Part shown: positions 1 to 11,100 of the stretch, one piece after another
How the letters are laid out: each line of letters opens with the position of its first letter
Numbering within the stretch: the first letter of the stretch is position 1
Source: Octopus bimaculoides
Taxonomy: Eukaryota
Direction of reading: 5' to 3'
NCBI RefSeq assembly: GCF_001194135.2
Contig: NC_068982.1
Span: forward strand, 186,814,915 to 186,860,577
Length of the DNA: 45,663 bases
The notes under the pieces: generated by a model
Databases searched by the model: none
The model's input: only the letters and a program-made list of their open reading frames with translations
What the model was told of the DNA's origin: nothing
Program-made: the position numbers and the translations under genes

Positions 1-540
1 TTAACTGGGAAGATAGTTTTTGTATGTGGCAGATGCTCAGGAGCAATAAACACTGAAAATGTGCAGAGAACAAATTTTGCCACATTCCAGGGAGAAAAAC
101 TAGACGTAGTTGATAGCTTCTGTTATCTAGGTGACTAAGTTAGTAGCAGGGGAGGGTGTGCTGAAAGTGTAGCTGCTAGCCTGGGCAAAGTTCAGAGAGC
201 TCTCACCTCTGCTGGTGACAAAGGGCCTCTCACTCAGAGTAAAAGGCAGACTGTATGATGCATGTGTACGAACAGCCATGCTACATGGCAGTGAATCATG
301 GGCTGTGACTGCTGAGGATATGTGTAAGCTTGAAAGGAATGAAGCCAGTATGCTCTGACGGATGTGTAATGTCAGTGTGCATACACGACAGAGTGTAAGT
401 ACCTTAAGAGAAAAGCTGGACCTAAGAAGCATCAGTTGTGGTGTGCAAGAGAGACGATTGCGCTGGTATGGTCATGTGACGAGAATGGATGAGGATAGCT
501 GTGTGAAAAAGTGCCACACCCTAGCAGTTGAGGGAACCTG
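1..540 (+). mobile_element. RTE-clade LINE ORF2 fragment (RT C-terminal region), degenerate
   Basis: Frame-broken translation gives FVCGRCSGAINTEN...GEKLDVVDSFCYLGD*V...LGKVQ/WAKFREL...GRLYDACVRTAMLHGSESWAV...LRWYGHVTRMDEDSCVKKC, typical of RTE ORF2. Contains stops and indels. Confidence 0.85.
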
Positions 541-840
541 CGCACCCTCCCCCACTACTAACTTAGTAACCTAGATAGCGGAAGCTATCAACCACTTCTA
601 GTTTTTCTCCCTGGAATGTGGCAGAAATTGTTTTCTGCACATTTACAGTGTTTGTAGCTCCTGAGCATCTGCCACATCTGCGTCTCTGTACATGGCTCGC
701 ACAGCTCTCACTAACTATTCTTCTATTCTTAGTTTCCTCATTGACCACCAGATGAGGGATCGGGGTACCCTGTCAAAGGCTTTCTCCATGTCAACGAAAG
801 CCAGGTACAGACGTTTATCCTTGGCTAGGTATTTCTCCTG
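541..840 (-). mobile_element. RTE-clade LINE ORF2 fragment, inverted relative to 1-540
   Basis: Minus ORFs contain QLQEKYLAKDKRLYLAFVDMEKAFDRVPRSLIWWSMRKL and EKLEVVDSFRYLG (RT motifs); it overlaps in content with the + fragment. Confidence 0.85.
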
Positions 841-1038
841 AAGCTGGCACGCAAAAGCACCCACTACACTCTCGGAGTGGTTGGCGTTAAGGATGGCATC
901 CAGCTGTAGAAACTCTGCCAAAACAGATTGGAGCCTGGTTTTGCCACCTGGTTCACCAGTCCTCAGTCATATCGTCCAACCCATGCTAGCATGGAAAGCG
1001 GACGTTAAACGACGACGACGATGATGATGATGATGATG
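841..1038 (+). mobile_element. RTE-3'UTR-type repeat with (GAT)n tail (truncated LINE or RTE-dependent SINE); first of about 20 copies in the window
   Basis: Core gagtggttggcgttaaggatggcatccagctgtagaaactctgcc...ccaacccatgctagcatggaaagcggacgttaaac+(gat)n. Other approximate copies: 6150-6315+, 7885-7942+, 14672-15290-, 20945-21420+, 22480-22680-, 23925-24210-, 24250-24450+, 28895-29160-, 29178-29345+, 30230-30540+, 31190-31335+, 34255-34630-, 34630-34793+, 39565-39900-, 40900-41450+ (two), 42653-42912-, 44540-44705+. Confidence 0.85.
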
Positions 1039-1654
1039 CACACATACATATTAGTTCCTCGTAGATTATTTCCAGAGAAACTGAACCTGAGCTCTGAGCT
1101 GTTGGATTCCAGACCAATACCAAAATTCTTCAAGCGTAAGAAATGCCAGTTTCACAATGGTAACACCATAGTTGCTGTCATGAAACCTGTATTTTTACAC
1201 ATACATGTATNNNNNNNNNNNNNNNNNNNNNNNNNNNNNNNNNNNNNNNNNNNNNNNNNNNNNNNNNNNNNNNNNNNNNNNNNNNNNNNNNNNNNNNNNN
1301 NNNNNNNNNNNNNNNNNNNNNNNNNNNNNNNNNNNNNNNNNNNNNNNNNNNNNNNNNNNNNNNNNNNNNNNNNNNNNNNNNNNNNNNNNNNNNNNNNNNN
1401 NNNNNNNNNNNNNNNNNNNNNNNNNNNNNNNNNNNNNNNNNNNNNNNNNNNNNNNNNNNNNNNNNNNNNNNNNNNNNNNNNNNNNNNNNNNNNNNNNNNN
1501 NNNNNNNNNNNNNNNNNNNNNNATATATATGCATACATATATAGAAATAACCATATCTATATATATGTGTGTGTATTTATGAGAAGGTTGTATGTTATTT
1601 CAGGAAAATTTCTCTATTACTTCTAACAAGTTTTGATACCACTTAAAGTTCTCA

Positions 1655-1975
1655 CTCATTCGACTGCAGCCATGCTGGAGCACCGCCTTCAATTGAGCAA
1701 ATCGACCCCAGGATTTATTCCTTGTAAGCCTAGTACTTATTCTATCAGTCTCTTTTCTTAAACTGCTAAGCTATGGGGGACATATACACACACATACATA
1801 TATATATACGATGGGCTTCTATCAGTTTCTGTCTACCAAATCTACTTACAAGGCTTTGGTTGGCCCGAGTCTATTGTAGAAGTCACTTGCGCAAGATACC
1901 ACACAGTGGGACTGAACCCAGAGCCATGTGGTTGGTAAGCAAGCTACTTACTACACAGCCACTCCTACACCTATA
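1655..1975 (-). mobile_element. tRNA-head SINE (family with ...ggtgctccagcatggccgcagt...gactgaaacaagtaaaaga tail)
   Basis: Reverse complement has the head ggctgtgtagtaagtagcttgcttaccaaccacatggctctgggttcagtcccactgtgtgg (B-box-like gggttcagtccc) and the family tail. Other copies: ~5101-5260+, 21870-22030-, 30915-31190+, 31350-31720-, 35665-36210+, 43185-43380+, 43975-44260+. Confidence 0.75.
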
Positions 1976-4639
1976 CATACATAGAAATGTATATACACAC
2001 ACAGACATTTATGTATAAATGTGTATATCCATCTATATATACATACATACAAATAGATGTATACACACACACACACGAGGAGGCAATGCCTACTACTCCC
2101 TGATATATTATAAGTATCCTCTTAACTGTTGCCATATTTTCATTGCTATTCGAGCGAAGCAGACTCACAGAATATTTCTGAGATAGAAAGACTTGGAGCC
2201 GAAATCAAAACCCAATAACTGACTCTGGTAAATAATATTCTTCTGATATTTATTTATTTAACACACAATTTACCACACATTTACATGGTTAAACATTTAT
2301 GAGACTTATTTCAAACATAAATATACTGTTATATAGATATTATTTAATTTTCACACACCATTTTATAGATTAAACATTGTTGAAACATTTTACAGTGTTA
2401 CATCACAAGTAAAACATTTCATTTCCAGAATATAATATAAAATATAGTTGTGTTATAACTATGTCAAAACTATTTGATGGAAATGTTCATCTAAGGATAC
2501 ATCATTTTAAGTAGTTTAAAGTGGATTTCTAGGTCTCAAGTGAGATTTAAAATTTGTAAATTAATTTTATGGCAGATAAATTAATTGGTTGTTTTTCGTA
2601 AACTTAATTTTTTTTAAACATGGTCGAGAGAGAAGGGCCCTGCATATGACCCTTTCTCTTTCTAGGGTCTTTGACAGTGGTGAGTGGGAGAAAGGCATTC
2701 TCAAGACAAGAGGCCTAACATAAATGCACACAAAAGAGAAATCCTCTGCTAAAAGCAGCTCAGGGGCCAGCTGATGGTGTGAAATTAGGTGATAGATTAA
2801 GTCTGCCACATAGGGTGGCCACAATGGGATTTGAACTCAGATCATAAAGAACCACATTACATACTGCAAGGCATCTTGTCCAGTATTTAATTCTACCACC
2901 TCAAACTAGTATTTAAATTAATGACCCCTGCATAATAAAAGTCCAAGTCGACGTTGCTAGAATTTGAACCTAGAACACAAAGTGTCAGTATAAATACCAT
3001 TCTAATGACTCTACTAATTGATCTTTTTCTTCTTTCAATCAATGAAATTTTTTAAACTGATTTTTTATTTTAATATTAAACTTTGAATATAAATGAAATT
3101 GTTCTGGTGATTTCATTTCTATTTTATATCTTGAAGCAAACAAGAAGAATTGTTTAAATATTAAACAATTTTGTGACAACATATATTTCCTCTCTCAGCA
3201 CATCTTTATTCTACATCAACATTTTAATGTGCAATGCATTAAATATGTTTTCTCACCATCTTCAATATTATTTACCAGATGGATGGCTTCTGAGAATTAC
3301 TTCACATTGTCTGCAGTTATTATAAACTCTATTACAAACCAACAACAAAGTCCCTAAACTACCCCTAAAAACATATTTAATTATGACAACTTATGGAAGG
3401 GTCATGGCTAGAGCGTTTTTTACTATAGCATTGCTAGACAAGAATTAACTTTTAGTTAAACATCAAAAACAGAAACCATAGTTTTAATATATTTTAATCA
3501 AATATATTTCTTTTATTTCAAATATATTTACAGTTTATGAAAATAATTTTAATGTTTTAATATTTCAACTTCATAAATTGTATTTTGGCATTATAAAAGT
3601 TAAACATTCTATTAAATTTTAAAAGATTATATTTTTAATATATTTTTATTAATTACATTTAAATATTGTATTTGAAATAATAATCTATGTTGTAAATTTG
3701 TATATTTCTTCAAAATTAAAGAATTCCAAGGTAACATCAGATATACCAATGAACATACACCTGTGTATAATGTAATCAATCATTTGTTATTAATTAGCCT
3801 AAGTATGACCTGGCTATGTTTCTCTAATGATGCTCGTTTAAACAATAATATATTCATAGAAATCAAACACTAATACAAGTGAACTTATTCATGTAAAAAG
3901 GGGTCAGTTGGCAAAGGCATTAACACATTTTACAAAAAGACTGTTTCCAGTATTTGCTCTGGTGCCCTGAGTTCAATTCCTAGTGAGGGCAGCTTTACTT
4001 TACATTATGATTGATAAAGAACCAATCAAGTACTGGAGTAGATTTGTCATCATTATTGTTGTGTTCATCTTGTTCTCCTTCCCCTTCAACCACTTCTTTT
4101 TTTCTATGTGGAAGACATTGGCAGAGGTTACACATGTAGAGAGAAAGGCTCACCCCCCAGATTTCAAATGTCTTCCAGTCATTCTACATCTTATGTCATC
4201 TGGTTGACCACTTTCGATTTTAAACACAGCCACAGAGGTCAGATCTTCTGAGGCTGTTTTCCAACTTATTTTCCATCAATGTAGACCCAGTGTTTATTTA
4301 CATGCCTCCTCTTCATCCATTTCCTCTTTCATTGTTCTTCTCTTTGTCTATATTATCAAGTCTGCAACAACTGTTGTAGTTGTCCCTACCACTTTTTCAG
4401 CTGTTTAAGGCTCCAGTCTCAAAGACACGCCCATCCAGTCACTGCAGTTGTGCTTCTGTTGTTGCTGTCAACACCAACTCATTGGCCATTCTCAGCATCA
4501 GCTCTGCCACTATAAATCCGTATGGAGTCAGGAGCTGACCTTTCCAGCATCATAAATCACTGCAAAGTGAAAATATTTGCTGATGACACTAAGCTCCAGC
4601 AAAAAATGCTGGGCAAAATGCTTGGCAGCATTTTGGTTG

Positions 4640-4772
4640 TCTTTATGTTCTGAGTTCAAATGTTGCCGATGTCAACTTCTATTCTTTTGAGTTCTGGGGT
4701 TGATGTAATCAACTTACCTGCTCACCTGAAACTGCTGGACTTGTGCTAAAATTTGAAACCATTATTATTATA

Positions 4773-4807
<35 letters not shown>

Positions 4808-5070
4808 TCGTTTGCTGCTACATTATGAGTTCAAATTCTACCAAGGTCGACTTTGCCTTTCATCCTTTTGGGGTCAATAAGTACCAGTTACATACTGGAG
4901 TTGTGTAACTGGTACTTATTCCACCAAATTCTGCCAAGGTCGACTTTGCCTCTCGTCCCTTTGGGATTGATAAAAAAAGAACCAGTTAGGGGCTGGGTCT
5001 GATGTAATCGACTAGTCCCCACACCCAAAATTTCAGGCTTGTGCCTGTAGTAGAAAGGATTATTTTTGTT
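4640..5070 (+). mobile_element. Fragments of a second tRNA-derived SINE family, interrupted by an (ATT)n microsatellite
   Basis: Repeated gagttcaaatt...aggtcgactttgcctttcatcc...ggggtcaataa...gtaccagtt motif, also at 33080-33302 and 38620-38822; (att)n at ~4766-4806. Confidence 0.7.
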
Positions 5071-6974
5071 ATTATCTTCAAAATATCACCAAAAACAGAT
5101 GGGGGCATGGCTGTAAGGTTAAGGAATTCACTTCGCAACTTTGTGGTCTCAGGCTCAGTCCTACTTTGCAGCACCTTAAAGAAGTAACTTCTTCTAATGT
5201 TCCAGGTTGACCCAAGCCTTGTGAGTGGGTTTCGTACAAGGAACTGATAAAGCCTATGGTATATATATATATGTGTGTGTGTGTGTATATTCATGTATGC
5301 ATAGCTACATTTGTACTTGTATGTGTATACATGTGTGTGTGTGTGTGTGTGCATATGTCTACCCATGTCTCCTTGTCTTGACATCAGATGCTAATTATAA
5401 ACAAATGTCACGTCAAACAGTGTCGTTTGTTTGCAGTGTTCCACCAGAAAACATATCCAACCATTGTGCTGTTCATGTTTGAAGAACTTGGTGAAATATT
5501 CTCTTGCTTGAAACCAGGTGAGGATTGGTGAAACTTGTCGAGTGTAGTCATAGACTTGACTGAGTGGGACTCACAAGAACCTGGCAAGGAACAAAACAAA
5601 ATTATGAGAGGGAAAACACAGAAAAGAAAATACATCATCTGATGTATTATAAAGGTTTTGACATCCATCTTCCCTAACTGGCATGGGTAGGACAGTTGAA
5701 GAGGAAGCAGTGAGCCAGAGGACTTTGCTGAGCTCCAATGAAAGATTTGGCAAGATTTCTACAGCTGGATGATCTTCTTAACACCAAATACACACATCCC
5801 TATCACTTACCCCTCTAATACACATAACTTATCATTCACTTCCAATATCACACATCCTTCATATCCCCCATGTTACTGTCACCTGTGACCCTACTGCCAT
5901 GCCCCTATCACCCCTACCTCTATCTTTCATCTCTCAATCACTCTCCCTTCTTTTTACTCTATCTTATTGCTGTAAATCTCTTCTCTTCACCATTCTTCCA
6001 ATGAAACTAGGGATGTTACTGGACCTCCCTGAGTCTGTCCCCAACACTCAACCCCTCCTTTCCATATATTTATTACCCTCATCCCAAGGTATATGTAAAG
6101 CCCAGAGATTGAGGGGAACCTTTAGTTTTGTCAAGGACATGGCAATCGTCTCTAGTGACGGCGCCATAAGATGCACCCAGTGCACATTGTGCAGTGGTTG
6201 GTGTCAGGAAGAGCATCCAGCTGTAGAAAGAAAATCAGAAAATGTAACTTCAGGCAAAATATTCTTTGAACCATCCAACCTATTCCAGCATGGAAAGTGA
6301 GGGTAAAATGATGATCATACATACATATGGATGTATAAATATACATATGTGCATCCTTGTGTATATATTATACACTTTCATTCATATATATGTATGCATG
6401 TGTATATAAATACAAACACAATTAGATTAAAATCTAATATAATTATTATGAGAGTTTTTGTATTAATTCCAATATTATTTTACAGTTGAAATATTTGCAA
6501 TTATCTGGTTTTCTCTTTATAAACTTAGTTGTCAACAACAACACCAATAACAACAACACAGCCTTATCCAGCTTTTTCCAAAAATATATTGTTGTTTAGT
6601 CCATGTATATTCAAAGAGCTGACATCCTGAAGAAGGTCACTTTTACTTTTCATTCTTCCTGGGTTCAGTAGATTAACAGTCATTATTTTATAGACCAAAG
6701 AGGAGGTAGAGGATCATTCTAATGATGATGAGTCACTAGAATGTCATTAAACACCCCACCAATATTTCCTAATCCACCTCACTAAACCCCCAATACTTCA
6801 TAATAAACTCCACCAAGTTATATCTCCTCACCTAACACAAAACCCCTCTTCACCTGCGAAAGCCCTTTTTCATAAAGACCTTTCACCTGCCAAACCCCTT
6901 TTTCATACAAACACGTCTTTCTCATTGCTACCCAAACATTGTCCCTTATATTAAATATAATTTAGGTGAACCTA

Positions 6975-7777
6975 CCTTTTGTTAATTGGGCTTATTCATT
7001 AACCAATCTTTATTACCTCAATCAGGAACAAATAATAACGATCCTCTCAACATGCTGTGTATCAGTGTGATTATATGAAAGCCCATCTTTGATAAGCTTT
7101 CCAAGTTAATCAATGTTGTGTATGATAATTGTGTGGATTATATTGAAATCTTGAGAGATTTACAGCATTTGTCAGGTTAAGAACAGTTTCATCTCCAGCT
7201 TTATTGATATCTCTTAATCCAGATAAATATAATGGAAACCAAGTCATCTATGACTATCACATTTCCAGTGCATATAATTATTAATAATACTTATATTCCT
7301 GATTTGTAGGGNNNNNNNNNNNNNNNNNNNNNNNNNNNNNNNNNNNNNNNNNNNNNNNNNNNNNNNNNNNNNNNNNNNNNNNNNNNNNNNNNNNNNNNNN
7401 NNNNNNNNNNNNNNNNNNNNNNNNNNNNNNNNNNNNNNNNCCTTTTGTTAATTGGGCTTATTCATTAACCAATCTTTATTATCTCAATCAGGAACAAATA
7501 ATAACGATCCTCTCAACATGCTGTGTATCAGTGTGATTATATGAAAGCCCATCTTTGATAAGCTTTCCAAGTTAATCAATGTTGTGTATGATAATTGTGT
7601 GGATTATATTGAAATCTTGAGAGATTTACAGCATTTGTCAGGTTAAGAACAGTTTCATCTCCAGCTTTATTGATATCTCTTAATCCAGATAAATATAATG
7701 GAAACCAAGTCATCTATGACTATCACATTTCCAGTGCATATAATTATTAATAATACTTATATTCCTGATTTGTAGGG
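6975..7777. repeat. 337-bp direct duplication (6975-7311 and 7441-7777) flanking an N gap; probable unmerged contig overlap
   Basis: Both copies start ccttttgttaattggg and end ttgtaggg exactly at the gap edges; one substitution noticed (attacctc vs attatctc). Confidence 0.85.
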
Positions 7778-8160
7778 ACATGGTATTTCATTATGCAACC
7801 ATAAATTACTGTAAAATATATTAAATCGTTTTATAAGTCAACACCACATTCTATTGTGTTAGCTGTGCTTTTCATATTATTCTTTTGACACCCATGCTAG
7901 CATGGAAAGCGGACGTTAAACGATGATGATGATGATGATGATTCCATAGAAATTATAGTTGGCTCTGATTTTTTGCTAAAACATTTCGTATCAACATGTC
8001 AGATGTAAAGAAGCGATGAGATAAACAATGAGAACAAACAACAGATGTTTTTGTCTTTGATCTCATTGTTTGTTTCCGTCTGACGTTTCGATATGAAATT
8101 TTGTAGCAGGAAATCAGTCCTGGCTATAATTTCTATCGATAATATCTGTANNNNNNNNNN

Positions 8161-11100
8161 GATTAATGAAGAAAACAAAATGTTGGCTCTCATCCCTGCC
8201 ACAGACTGTGATACAACATCGATTTCTAAGGAAACTACATTAATTCTTGCCCAAATATTACACACACGAAACACAAAGAAAACAGAAGAACAGGAAGCAC
8301 AAGACACAAAGAAATCTGAAGAATGGGAAATGTCCATGTTACCAAATTTTCTTCATATTGTGACATGTTACCAAACAATAATCAAAACAGACCACATCAA
8401 TACATTTATAGATTATGTAAAAGATAAGTGTAATCACATGGACTTCATGGGTTTAGATGGATCTTGTATTTTACGTAAAATCAAACGTAAAATGCAAAGA
8501 TTTCTTGAATTTACAAAACAAAATAAGGATTTTGTTCACCAAAACCTTGATTGGTTTCAACAAAGACTCTTTGACATTTATGTCACCTGTAACCCATACA
8601 ACCACAAAGCCATTGATCCACCAAAAATAACCACAAAATTTCGGCCTCTTTGCCCAGTTGTGACCAGAGAAGCAAAGATCAAGGAATCTGGAGAAGAATT
8701 TGACAATAAAAGCACAATAATAGCCAATACCATTATCATACAGGAGGGAGTGGTAACCTATTCCCGCCATTGTATGACAATATGTTGTGTGACAAGAGAC
8801 TGATAGAAATGATGTCCATTGTCCATCTTCTGTCACCAGTTTCACCAGAATCGGTCAAGAGATGGTTCTAGCAACCCTCCCCTTCCAAAAAATGATTCTT
8901 ATTATCAGCCCCACAAGTTTCAAGATTAAAAGAATACAGTTGGGGTTACATTTGGTTGCTTACTTGGAACATTCTACATTTATAGGTGTAGAAATGTTTG
9001 GTAAAACTATTTACCAAATTGATTGGGATGATAAAAGAATTCGACATGAATTCACGACTAAAGAAACACCTACAGATATTGCTGTAGGCATCCAGAATAT
9101 ACTTTTAATTACATTTTCCAGTATTAACAGAGTAATCTGTTATAAGATGGATGGCCAACAGTTATGGGAGGTAGAGACCTATTCTCGGCACCTCCCAAGT
9201 AAAATCTCTCTGTACCAAAGCTATTTCTATGTACTCCAGGGACAAATTATTTATAAAATTTCAGCTAAAGGTAGTGTGACAAAGAGGGACATTGGCAGGA
9301 AATGCCACACTATTTCTGTTGGTAAAAATACCATTTTGGTCACAGATTATTTTGGCAAACCACATGTCATTCAAATAAATAAAGACTTTTGGCCCAAACT
9401 GTTATACAACCACCAGCTACATACCCCCAGTTTGAAAGACAATATTGATATTAAGGATTACTGCAACATTACAAATATTCTACCTATGTCTATATCTTCT
9501 ATATTAATAATTTGCAGAAACAAAAAAGCCAAATTATTCACTGATACTGGGGAAATAATTAACCAAAATAATTTAGTTTTCCTTGAGCTTCCTTCTTTCT
9601 GTTGTAGAATAAACGCAAACAGATTCCTGGTATTTTATCGTGAAATGAAAGGATTTCAGTGTATCACCTGTCCTGAACTAAGAAAAGGTCCTTTAATAAA
9701 GGTCCAAACTGATTACATGAAAATATGTCATATTGTATCAAATAAGTGTTTAGCTGTGACCACCACTGAAAACAAAAATGAGGTCCATATCCTTTTGATC
9801 AACGAAGATAAAGTTGACATTATAGAAAGAGTTTCTCTAGGACATTATAATGTCACCATTGCTGCAACTCCAATTAATTTTGTAGTCGTAAATGGAAGCG
9901 AAAATAAAATGGTATTTTATTCCACATGTGGTGAAGAGCTTTTTCATAAATACCTTCCATTCTATGGCTACCCTCATCGCATCTACTCTGATAATGTTTA
10001 TTTTTATGTCCTCTTCAAGAGACACTCTATTCTGATATGTTATGATATATATGGAGAAACGAAATGGCAGTGGCAACTGCTTTCCCTGTTCACCCTCACA
10101 TTGCTGTTTTCCAAGGAACTGTTTATGTACCGGACACTCAACTCAACAGGATTCTTCTTTACAAGTATCAGGACTGGTCGTCTGGCTGTTGTTTGCACAC
10201 GAGAAATCCTTATATCAGAAATCTAAATATACGACTCAAAGAAAAGGAGAATGACAAAAAACTTGTCATTGGCGAAATATGTAAACTGGCAAATGGACAG
10301 TTGGTGGTGTCCGACATCAACCATGATTGCTTGTTATACATTTCTAATGAAGGAGACATTGTGTCCAGATTATCTCTGCCGTCTACAGCTACAGATATAT
10401 GTCGATGGGATTCTCATCAAATAGGTGTCACATTACCCCTACAGAAACAATTAAGGGTCATCGGAAACCTATCAAAGACAGTGAGAAGTGTATCATTAAG
10501 GCAGCCTTATGTACGGGTGTGTAAGATGGGTGAAGGTGAAATTGTTTGTTATTGTGATAAACCATCACATTTAGATATTTTAGCCATTAAATATTACAAT
10601 CAAGTTGAAACAATTCATAGAATTAATATCCCTTTTTTTGTGAAATCATTATCAAAAGACAAGAAAACAGAAAAGCTATTAATTGTTACTAGGGGAAAAG
10701 CTTTTCAGTACAACACTAGAATAGGTGGTGATGGTCATGGCAGTCATCAGATGGTCCCCAGTGTTTTAATGTCCCAAGTGAAACGTCCCTCCAATCTCTA
10801 TGGTGGATCTATTGACCAAATGTTTGTTTATCTTGTAGACAGCAGTCGTATGTTTGCTATAAACGATCATAATTTGTTGGTTAATGATCTCGTTATAAAT
10901 AATCAATTTAATTATTATATCGACCTGGTAGATGTATTTTCCAGATGCATTTCTGTCAGTGAAATGTTATCTTCTACTTTATATCTACAAGACCTGGCAG
11001 TTTCTGATAAAGCCAAACATATTCATATCCCTAAACATTTGGGAGACACAAGACCATTGTGGATTAATCCTTTGGTAATTACTGAAAATAATCTGATTGC

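Noticed and set aside
1060-1190. Possible isolated exon (ttatttccag|...|gtaaga) between a repeat tail and a gap
   Set aside because: No recognisable protein similarity and no partner exon; cannot be supported.
1021-1626. Long ORFs spanning N runs (also 13879-14364, 17851-18412, 18941-19856)
   Set aside because: They stay open only because N codons are not stops; the flanks are microsatellite translations (YIYIY, HTHT).
6975-7777. Apparent 337-bp tandem duplication
   Set aside because: The copies abut the gap exactly and are near-identical, typical of unmerged contig or haplotype overlap; the same applies at 22805-22912.
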